From: Flectonema sp. DT1601
Lineage: Eukaryota
DNA: 64,000 nucleotides
Assembly (NCBI GenBank): GCA_964019425.1
Contig: OZ025798.1
Coordinates: 372,001-436,000, forward strand
Direction of reading: 5' to 3'
Positions 55,879-64,000 of the stretch are shown piece after piece. Position numbers and translations under genes: made by a program. Within the stretch, counting starts at the first letter, position 1; the number at the start of each line of letters is the position of its first letter. Under the pieces are notes generated by a model. The model was not told the DNA's origin. It made no database searches and was given only the letters and a program-made list of their open reading frames with translations.

Positions 55879-56604
55879 CATAGATGGAAGTGCCCTCCAA
55901 ATTTGGAGGGCGCCTGGTGAAAATCAGCCACAAAAATTTGTAGGGCCAAAATAGGGCGCTGGAGGGCGCGTAGGGCGCTTTTTTAATTAAATTTAATATA
56001 ATGCCGAGCTCATTTTGACACACCCCTGCCCTCAGCGAGGGTCGAATCGCATCTTATTTGACTTTTCTACGGTTCGCCCGATCAAATGCGTCTCTGGGAT
56101 ATCAGTTTACTTGCCACCAGTAAACTTCTTTTTTTTCTCACAAGGTACCGTGAATACCGGCCTATTAACAGGTTAGCAAGAACGCACTCTCCCTCCTCGA
56201 ATCCCTCTATATTCGACTCGGTGCATTCTGCGGGCTACTCAGCTCTTGTAGATCTGGGATGCATCGTCCAATGAAATGAGTTTCAGCTTCAGGGATTGCA
56301 GCAGGCTCCGGAAGCTCTCAAGGAGTGGCCCATTGTTTTTGCCATTGTTGACCTCCGAACCATGACCTGGAGGTCTCGGGTTCGAACCCCGTGACACCCT
56401 TTTTTCTCTTTTTCGAAAGACTGCCAAGCATGTCAAAAAAAGTTTTTTGGCTTCTGCGTCAAAATACTTGTGCGTCAATGTAAGTCCCCGTCAATTTAGC
56501 TGTCTTATAGTAATAAAAAAGGAAAAAAAAAACGCCCTCCAAAATAATATTTATATTAAAAGCGCCCTACACGCCCTCCAAATTGTAGGGCACTTCCATC
56601 TATG
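55879..56604. mobile_element. Non-autonomous TIR DNA transposon (726 bp) with 6-bp TSD AGTCAA
   Basis: Left end CATAGATGGAAGTGCCCTCCAAATTTGGAGGGCG, right end CGCCCTCCAAATTGTAGGGCACTTCCATCTATG; subterminal agggcg repeats; AGTCAA at 55873-55878 and 56605-56610; no transposase ORF. Confidence 0.9.
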
Positions 56605-56827
56605 AGTCAATCAAAAATGAATTGGCTTTAACTTCAACTATACAGAAAATAATGATATAACACTGTGATTTTTTGTTTGTGCACGAAACCGGACCCCTTT
56701 CCAGTGGATTGTTCGTGGCCGTCGTGTTTAGTTTGATATGGTATCTATCAAAGTTGGGAGAATAACGGTCTTTTATGAGATAATAAACCGATGCGATGCG
56801 GTGTTCGTTCTTCTTGTGTATCATTTC

Positions 56828-58175
56828 TTAGTATGCTTCATCTTCCAGTCTAGTGTGCTTGTCAGCAATATTGTCCTCGCTCGCCACGTACTCGACGTGC
56901 AGAACTGAACTAGACCTGTCCAACAGTCGATGAATAGTCCGTAACAGGGGTTGTACATTTTGTTGTAGAGAATAGCCACGGTGCAACGAACCGATTACTC
57001 CCTTGTGGTCTACATGTCCCGTCACCCTGCAACTCTGCAGTTTTAACTCTGTCACTACATATTCAATGGCCTTGACTACTGCGAAAAATTCCTTTTCGAA
57101 AATCTCCATGTTCACTATATCGTGCGGGAAGCGTCCTCAGAGTTTCCCACTACAAATGCCCAGGCTTTCGTACTTGCATCAGATACGAAAGTTATTTCTG
57201 TCTCATATCTACGCTTATGCCACCGCACCCATTTGTTCTTCACAAGCTCCCTGAACTCGAGCCTAAGAGAGTTCATGTACTCCTCTGAGATTTTCACTGC
57301 TGTGTTCCAGAAAACCTTAGATTTCGGGTCGCCTTCCTGCATCAGTTCAGACATTCCCATCAGGAGTTCTGTCGCCTCGTGTAGACGTAATCTTAGCGCA
57401 TGACGTCTCCACAAAATGATTCCCGAAACCTTCCAGTAACTACGTCGTAGGTTCACGCGTGAGTCCAAGATCATTTTCCCTGGTTCAGCGACCGCTTTGA
57501 CCCATTTTTCCTTTAGTTTCCAACATTTCCTCGTCAAGTCAGCTTCTATTCCTAATGTGATTATGTAGGTGTTGGGTTCTGTGACCGCGCCTATCGTAAT
57601 TGAATATTTCAGACATAGAGTTCGGAATCTATCTCCAACCGATTGTAGAACCTGTATATCATCCGCCGCAAAGATGGCATTGTCAATCCACCCAATGCCG
57701 GACACATCCCTCCCATCTATTGCATCTTCGATCAGATTCAGAAGAACAGCCTGGGCCAATTGAGGTGCACCTCTGTACCCCATCGGCAGACGTGTCATCC
57801 GGTAGATCTTCTTGTCTACTCGAAAAGAGAACAAAGGTCTAATTCTTTCAGGAATCGGGAATTTAAAAAAATACGATGTAAAGTCAAACTCGCAAGCGTA
57901 CCTACGTGGTAGCAAGGTTTCCACTATCGTTTCGTAAGACGGTAGCCTGCATGGCGGTAACGAGGTATAAGCTGTTAACTCATTAATAGTCTTACAATTT
58001 AGGATGAAACGTAATTGTCCAGGTGTACTTTTCGGTATGAGAAACGCAGAGTGCATGAATCTATTCGTCGTCGATCTAGGAGATAGTTCGGCGAAACCAA
58101 GCTCAAGCATGCGTTCGGTATGAGGTTTTAATTGGACATTCTTTGCGCCTATCCCAGATTCGTCTTCTTGTGGCG
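56828..58175 (-). mobile_element. Truncated, frameshifted RT-RNase H of a DIRS-order (VIPER/TATE-like) retrotransposon
   Basis: FLIPK...LRFILNC, FDFTSYF, RLPMGY, WIDN at the YxDD position; RNase H SDAS...KEFFAV...VDH...YVASEDNIAD. One frameshift near 57137. The frame is open up to the repeat junction at ~58175. Confidence 0.85.
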
Positions 58176-58285
58176 AAAAAAAAAGCGCCCTCCAAAATAA
58201 TATTTATATTAAAAGCGCCCTACAAGCGCCCTACACGCCCTCCAAATTGCAGGGCACTTCCATCTATGAGTCAATCAAAAAAAAA
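58176..58285. repeat. Second copy of the TIR right end plus flank (direct repeat of ~56523-56617)
   Basis: cgccctccaaaataatatttatattaaaagcgccctac...cacttccatctatg ends at 58268 and is again followed by agtcaatcaaaaa. Confidence 0.9.
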
Positions 58286-58524
58286 GCAAAATTTCGTAGG
58301 ATAACAAACAAGTTGGTTTGGGCTAAGATTAAAAACAATCTTTCTTCTCGGACCATTCCCCTTACCCCCTCTTCGGCGAAGAAAGCAAGGGGGACCCTGC
58401 GGAGTAAGGCCTGTCCTTCTGTTACCAGTTAGCAAGTCTGACACCACATAAAATGAAATATTTTTATTACTGACACTACCTAAGACAACGAAGCGACCAA
58501 GAGCAGCTAGTTGTGATAAATACA

Positions 58525-58612
58525 AGAAACCCCGCTCAATAGTGGTGACACTATTAAGATATGAAAGGTCAAGAGCAGTAATTTGTAAACAGCGATTCAA
58601 GAAGACTACCGA
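58525..58612 (-). pseudogene. Degenerate single LRR unit of the same family as the terminal array
   Basis: FLNRCLQITALDLSYLNSVTTIERGFL resembles FLRNCSEITSLDLSSLSSVTSIGDYFL. Confidence 0.65.
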
Positions 58613-58631
58613 GAACGGGATATCGGAATTT

Positions 58632-58825
58632 GTTAGTTAGTTAGTTAGTTAGTTAGCGAGTCCGACATACAATCGAGTACCGGTTAGCTAGACACAACAG
58701 GGTGGAACGGTTAACCACCTGTGAGTCCCCAATACTACGACTTTATGTCAAACCTAATCCCTGAGAGGATCACTTTTTTAGCTCCAGCGAGGAATTCTAA
58801 TGTTCGAGAGACCCGAATTCCTCAA
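58632..58825 (-). repeat. Dispersed structured repeat with (CTAA)n tail, copy 2
   Basis: Close match to 8980-9161; six GTTA units on the + strand. Confidence 0.75.
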
Positions 58826-60177
58826 TGCTTCGGCCTTGACCGGTTCGCTAGCAAATTAACAGAGTTTGGGGAGGGGAAAGGAAGATGATAATAATAATGA
58901 TAAAACGAAGAAAACAAAATAAAATAAAATAAAATAAAATAAAAAAAAAAATAAAATAAAATAAAATAAAATAAATCAATAAATAAACAAAATAAAGGAA
59001 GGGGATAGAGAATTCAGATCTGTTGAATAATAGTAATCCTGGATGATTTTGACTGCTACTGACGGAATTTGAATTGCAGAAAGAAATGCTAAGGTAATTA
59101 TTCTATTATTGAATACGCGAGTGTTTAATACTTACTAGTCCGTGGCTCACAACTTAGTTAGTTAGAATATGAGTTTATTATAAAAAAGTGCACTAAAATA
59201 AAATATAAAAAAGAAAAGTTATAAAAACACATTGTTCTGCTGTTCCATAATACACTGTGGAATACGTAGTTTCAGGCCTTAATCTTATACTACTTGTCCC
59301 TCTTAGGCCTTCATTAGTAAGTTCTAGGGACTTCATTCCAGTTAAATAATAAATCGGATCCATCAATTGGTCTATTTCAAAAGAACTGATTTCTTAATGT
59401 CCATCGGAGCTCGCCAGGACGGGCTAGCATATATTTGCTTTTGATCAGCGTTCTATCTCTTCTACATCTGTTCGTTTTATTACGAGTGCGAGTGCAACTT
59501 AGTTAGTTAGTTAGTACTTTATTACCCTTTATCAGACTCTGATCCCATTTTTCTTACTCCAACTATTACTGTAAAACATCTCACCCACCCTTCCCCCGTC
59601 GGTGTCCCGTCGAACCGAATCGGGCCTGGCACAAGTCTACGCAGAAGTAATCTGCACCCTTTCACATTGTAGATACTTCACAATTCCAGTGTTTGTCTTT
59701 ACCTTCATTCTTAACTTATACTTCTTTCTCAGGTGCATTTTGTGATGGAAAGAGAATTACCAATTGTACCGTACTAGTATTATGTTAAAAATTACTTACC
59801 CAGCCCTGATACTTCCCAATGGGGTAGAGTCCAACAGGCATGCTGTAATGAAAGGGAAAAGGGATTTAAAAGATAGCAGAAAGAGGCCATACAAGTTAGG
59901 GAGAGGATGATGCCACAAAAACCACGAGGAGGTGTGCGCAGTCGGCCTTGACCACTATAAAATAACTTTCGTTTGATGTATTTTACGAATAAGTTACAAA
60001 TACTTTCCGTCCCGATATCGGCGGAGAAAAGGGAAAAACAAGGAAATGGCTTTAACTTAAACTAACACGGAAATAGGGAAACATAAAACTATTTTATTGT
60101 TTTCCCGTCCGAACAATACTTTTCAGTACCTTACAATACTTCAAACAAAAATACAAAAAATAAATGACAACCAAGAA

Positions 60178-63100
60178 TCAATTCAACACTTTACATTTAA
60201 CAGACTGTTCAAAGAGAGCTCTATTATTTTGAGGCAGCTGAACAGTTTTCAGGGCGCTGCAATTATTGAGGAAGCGCTCACCAATTTCCTTCACATCACT
60301 AAGACCGGAAAGGTCAACAGAAGTGATTTCTGAACACTTGTTCAAAAAATAATCTCCAATACTGGTGACACTACTAAGACCGGAAAGGTCAACAGAAGTG
60401 ATTTTTGAACACGCATACAAGAAATCAGTTCCAATACTGGTGACACTACTAAGACCGGAAAGGTCAACAGAAGTGATTTTTGAACACGCATACAAGAAAT
60501 CAGTTCCAATACTGGTGACACTACTAAGACCTGAAAGGTCAAGAAAAGTGATTTCTGAACATTTAAACAAAAAATCATCTCCAATACTAGTGACACTACT
60601 AAGACTGGAAAGGTCAAGAGAAGTGATTTCTGAACAATAACACAAGAAATAATCTGCAATACTGGTGACACTACTAAGACTGGAAAGGTCAAGAGAAGTG
60701 ATTTCTGAACAATTACGCAAGAAATAATCTCCAATACTGGTGACACTACTAAGACAGGAAAGGTCAAGAGAAGTGATTTTTGAACAATTTAACAAAAAAC
60801 AATCTCCAATACTGGTGACACTACTAAGACTGGAAAGGCCAAGAGAAGTGATTTCTGAACAATTACGCAAGAAATAATCTGCAATACTGGTGACACTACT
60901 AAGACAGGAAAGGTCAAGAGAAGTGATTTTTGAACAATTTAACAAAAAACAATCTCCAATACTGGTGACACTACTAAGACTGGAAAGGTCAAGAGAAGTG
61001 ATTTCTGAACAATAACACAAGAAATAATCTGCAATACTGGTGACACTACTAAGACTGGAAAGGTCAAGAGAAGTGATTTCTGAACAATTACGCAAGAAAT
61101 AATCTCCAATACTGGTGACACTACTAAGACAGGAAACGTCAAGAGAAGTGATTTCTGAACAATTACGCAAGAAATAATCTCCAATACTGGTGACACTACT
61201 AAGACAGGAAACGTCAAGAGAAGTGATTTCTGAACAATTACGCAAGAAATAATCTCCAATACTGGTGACACTACTAAGACTGGAAAGGTCAAGAGAAGTG
61301 ATTTCTGAACAATTACGCAAGAAATAATCTCCAATACTGGTGACACTACTAAGACTGGAAAGGTCAAGAGAAGTGATTTCTGAACAATTACGCAAGAAAT
61401 AATCTCCAATACTGGTGACACTACTAAGACAGGAAACGTCAAGAGAAGTGATTTCTGAACAATTACGCAAGAAATAATCTCCAATACTGGTGACACTACT
61501 AAGACAGGAAACGTCAAGAGAAGTGATTTCTGAACAATTACGCAAGAAATAATCTCCAATACTGGTGACACTACTAAGACTGGAAACGTCAAGAGAAGTG
61601 ATTTCTGAACAATTACGCAAGAAATAATCTCCAATACTGGTGACACTACTAAGACAGGAAACGTCAAGAGAAGTGATTTCTGAACAATTACGCAAGAAAT
61701 AATCTCCAATACTGGTGACACTACTAAGACAGGAAACGTCAAGAGAAGTGATTTCTGAACAATTACGCAAGAAATAATCTCCAATACTGGTGACACTACT
61801 AAGACAGGAAAGGTCAAGAGAAGTGATTTTTGAACAATTTAACAAAAAACAATCTCCAATACTGGTGACACTACTAAGACTGGAAAGGTCAAGAGAAGTG
61901 ATTTCTGAACAATAACACAAGAAATAATCTGCAATACTGGTGACACTACTAAGACTGGAAAGGTCAAGAGAAGTGATTTCTGAACAATTACGCAAGAAAT
62001 AATCTCCAATACTGGTGACACTACTAAGACAGGAAACGTCAAGAGAAGTGATTTCTGAACAATTACGCAAGAAATAATCTCCAATACTGGTGACACTACT
62101 AAGACTGGAAAGGTCAAGAGAAGTGATTTCTGAACAATTACGCAAGAAATAATCTCCAATACTGGTGACACTACTAAGACTGGAAAGGTCAAGAGAAGTG
62201 ATTTCTGAACAATTACGCAAGAAATAATCTGCAATACTGGTGACACTACTAAGACAGGAAACGTCAAGAGAAGTGATTTCTGAACAATTACGCAAGAAAT
62301 AATCTCCAATACTGGTGACACTACTAAGACAGGAAACGTCAAGAGAAGTGATTTCTGAACAATTACGCAAGAAATAATCTCCAATACTGGTGACACTACT
62401 AAGACTGGAAAGGTCAAGAGAAGTGATTTCTGAACAATAACACAAGAAATAATCTGCAATACTGGTGACACTACTAAGACTGGAAAGGTCAAGAGAAGTG
62501 ATTTCTGAACAATTACGCAAGAAATAATCTCCAATACTGGTGACACTACTAAGACAGGAAACGTCAAGAGAAGTGATTTCTGAACAATTACGCAAGAAAT
62601 AATCTCCAATACTGGTGACACTACTAAGACTGGAAAGGTCAAGAGAAGTGATTTCTGAACAATTACGCAAGAAATAATCTCCAATACTGGTGACACTACT
62701 AAGACTGGAAAGGTCAAGAGAAGTGATTTCTGAACAATAACACAAGAAATAATCTGCAATACTGGTGACACTACTAAGACTGGAAAGGTCAAGAGAAGTG
62801 ATTTCTGAACAATTACGCAAGAAATAATCTCCAATACTGGTGACACTACTAAGACAGGAAACGTCAAGAGAAGTGATTTCTGAACAATTACGCAAGAAAT
62901 AATCTGCAATACTGGTGACACTACTAAGACTGGAAAGGTCAAGAGAAGTGATTTCTGAACAATAACACAAGAAATAATCTGCAATACTGGTGACACTACT
63001 AAGACTGGAAAGGTCAAGAGAAGTGATTTCTGAACAATTACGCAAGAAATAATCTCCAATACTGGTGACACTACTAAGACAGGAAACGTCAAGAGAAGTG

Positions 63101-64000
63101 ATTTCTGAACAATTACGCAAGAAATAATCTCCAATACTGGTGACACTACTAAGACTGGAAAGGTCAAGAGAAGTGATTTCTGAACAATTACGCAAGAAAT
63201 AATCTCCAATACTGGTGACACTACTAAGACAGGAAACGTCAAGAGAAGTGATTTCTGAACAATTACGCAAGAAATAATCTCCAATACTGGTGACACTACT
63301 AAGACAGGAAACGTCAAGAGAAGTGATTTCTGAACAATTACGCAAGAAATAATCTCCAATACTGGTGACACTACTAAGACTGGAAAGGTCAAGAGAAGTG
63401 ATTTCTGAACAATTACGCAAGAAATAATCTCCAATACTGGTGACACTACTAAGACAGGAAACGTCAAGAGAAGTGATTTCTGAACAATTACGCAAGAAAT
63501 AATCTCCAATACTGGTGACACTACTAAGACTGGAAAGGTCAAGAGAAGTGATTTCTGAACAATTACGCAAGAAATAATCTCCAATACTGGTGACACTACT
63601 AAGACTGGAAACGTCAAGAGAAGTGATTTCTGAACAATTACGCAAGAAATAATCTCCAATACTGGTGACACTACTAAGACTGGAAAGGTCAAGAGAAGTG
63701 ATTTCTGAACAATTACGCAAGAAATAATCTGCAATACTGGTGACACTACTAAGACTGGAAAGGTCAAGAGAAGTGATTTTTGAACAATTTAACAAAAAAC
63801 AATCTCCAATACTGGTGACACTACTAAGACTGGAAAGGCCAAGAGAAGTGATTTCTGAACAATAACACAAGAAATAATCTGCAATACTGGTGACACTACT
63901 AAGACTGGAAAGGTCAAGAGAAGTGATTTCTGAACAATTACGCAAGAAATAATCTGCAATACTGGTGACACTACTAAGACTGGAAAGGTCAAGAGAAGTG
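60178..64000 (-). CDS. BspA-like leucine-rich repeat protein, 5'-partial (runs off the window)
   Basis: 25-aa repeat FLRNCSEITSLDLSSLSSVTSIGDY; frame open from the window edge to the stop at 60178; diverged capping repeats at the C-terminus. Confidence 0.88.
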   Translation of the reverse strand, partial: TSLDLSSLSSVTSIADYFLRNCSEITSLDLSSLSSVTSIADYFLCYCSEITSLGLSSLSSVTSIGDCFLLNCSKITSLDLSSLSSVTSIADYFLRNCSEITSLDLSSLSSVTSIGDYFLRNCSEITSLDVSSLSSVTSIGDYFLRNCSEITSLDLSSLSSVTSIGDYFLRNCSEITSLDVSCLSSVTSIGDYFLRNCSEITSLDLSSLSSVTSIGDYFLRNCSEITSLDVSCLSSVTSIGDYFLRNCSEITSLDVSCLSSVTSIGDYFLRNCSEITSLDLSSLSSVTSIGDYFLRNCSEITSLDVSCLSSVTSIGDYFLRNCSEITSLDLSSLSSVTSIADYFLCYCSEITSLDLSSLSSVTSIADYFLRNCSEITSLDVSCLSSVTSIGDYFLRNCSEITSLDLSSLSSVTSIADYFLCYCSEITSLDLSSLSSVTSIGDYFLRNCSEITSLDLSSLSSVTSIGDYFLRNCSEITSLDVSCLSSVTSIGDYFLRNCSEITSLDLSSLSSVTSIADYFLCYCSEITSLDLSSLSSVTSIGDYFLRNCSEITSLDVSCLSSVTSIGDYFLRNCSEITSLDVSCLSSVTSIADYFLRNCSEITSLDLSSLSSVTSIGDYFLRNCSEITSLDLSSLSSVTSIGDYFLRNCSEITSLDVSCLSSVTSIGDYFLRNCSEITSLDLSSLSSVTSIADYFLCYCSEITSLDLSSLSSVTSIGDCFLLNCSKITSLDLSCLSSVTSIGDYFLRNCSEITSLDVSCLSSVTSIGDYFLRNCSEITSLDVSCLSSVTSIGDYFLRNCSEITSLDVSSLSSVTSIGDYFLRNCSEITSLDVSCLSSVTSIGDYFLRNCSEITSLDVSCLSSVTSIGDYFLRNCSEITSLDLSSLSSVTSIGDYFLRNCSEITSLDLSSLSSVTSIGDYFLRNCSEITSLDVSCLSSVTSIGDYFLRNCSEITSLDVSCLSSVTSIGDYFLRNCSEITSLDLSSLSSVTSIADYFLCYCSEITSLDLSSLSSVTSIGDCFLLNCSKITSLDLSCLSSVTSIADYFLRNCSEITSLGLSSLSSVTSIGDCFLLNCSKITSLDLSCLSSVTSIGDYFLRNCSEITSLDLSSLSSVTSIADYFLCYCSEITSLDLSSLSSVTSIGDDFLFKCSEITFLDLSGLSSVTSIGTDFLYACSKITSVDLSGLSSVTSIGTDFLYACSKITSVDLSGLSSVTSIGDYFLNKCSEITSVDLSGLSDVKEIGERFLNNCSALKTVQLPQNNRALFEQSVKCKVLN
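60300..64000. repeat. Coding tandem repeat, 75-bp unit, roughly 49 copies in the window
   Basis: aatactggtgacactactaagac recurs every 75 bp. Confidence 0.97.

Noticed and set aside
58632..58656. (TTAG)n as telomeric repeat
   Set aside because: It is a 4-bp unit rather than TTAGGG, short, and attached to dispersed repeat bodies.
60342..63992. Long alternative-frame ORFs (TFPVLVVSPVLEIISC...)
   Set aside because: Shadow frames of a stop-poor 75-bp unit; they break at every LN-type unit.
60300..64000. 75-bp periodic array as a CRISPR array
   Set aside because: There are no unique spacers, the whole unit repeats and encodes an in-frame LRR, the context is eukaryotic, and no cas genes are present.
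56828..64000. RT next to variable repeats as a diversity-generating retroelement
   Set aside because: The RT is DIRS-like with RNase H, truncated and frameshifted. Repeat variants include C/G and C/T changes rather than adenine-specific ones, and there is no TR/VR pair.

Overview
AT-rich eukaryotic nuclear DNA, most likely from a euglenozoan and probably a diplonemid (inference). Evidence: a nuclear-encoded F1 ATP synthase alpha with the kinetoplastid-type C-terminus, a bacterial Gap3-type GAPDH, short canonical GT-AG introns, and every credible gene on the minus strand. 0-17 kb: a repeat-rich tandem array of five intact and three fragmentary genes for compact (~350 aa) two-TM proteins with a DEG/ENaC/ASIC-like TM2. 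They fall into two alternating subfamilies with mosaic (gene-converted) copies. 17-43 kb: a housekeeping block (HIBADH, Rab, U1-C, GAPDH with PTS1, LSD1-Znf/SUMO-like/C1/EF-hand protein, NUBP1, RS-rich protein, membrane protein, MAP2K, ATP synthase alpha, Ubl-ankyrin). 45-56 kb: a 2551-aa Cys-rich surface protein and an EF-hand/CAP/glutaredoxin-like fusion. 56-59 kb: a TIR element with a 6-bp TSD whose right end is duplicated around a DIRS/TATE-like RT-RNase H relic. 60-64 kb: about 49 near-identical 75-bp LRR units. A dispersed (CTAA)n-tailed repeat with covarying stems and a permuted SSU rRNA fragment are also present. All homology calls are motif recognition by eye; no searches were run.
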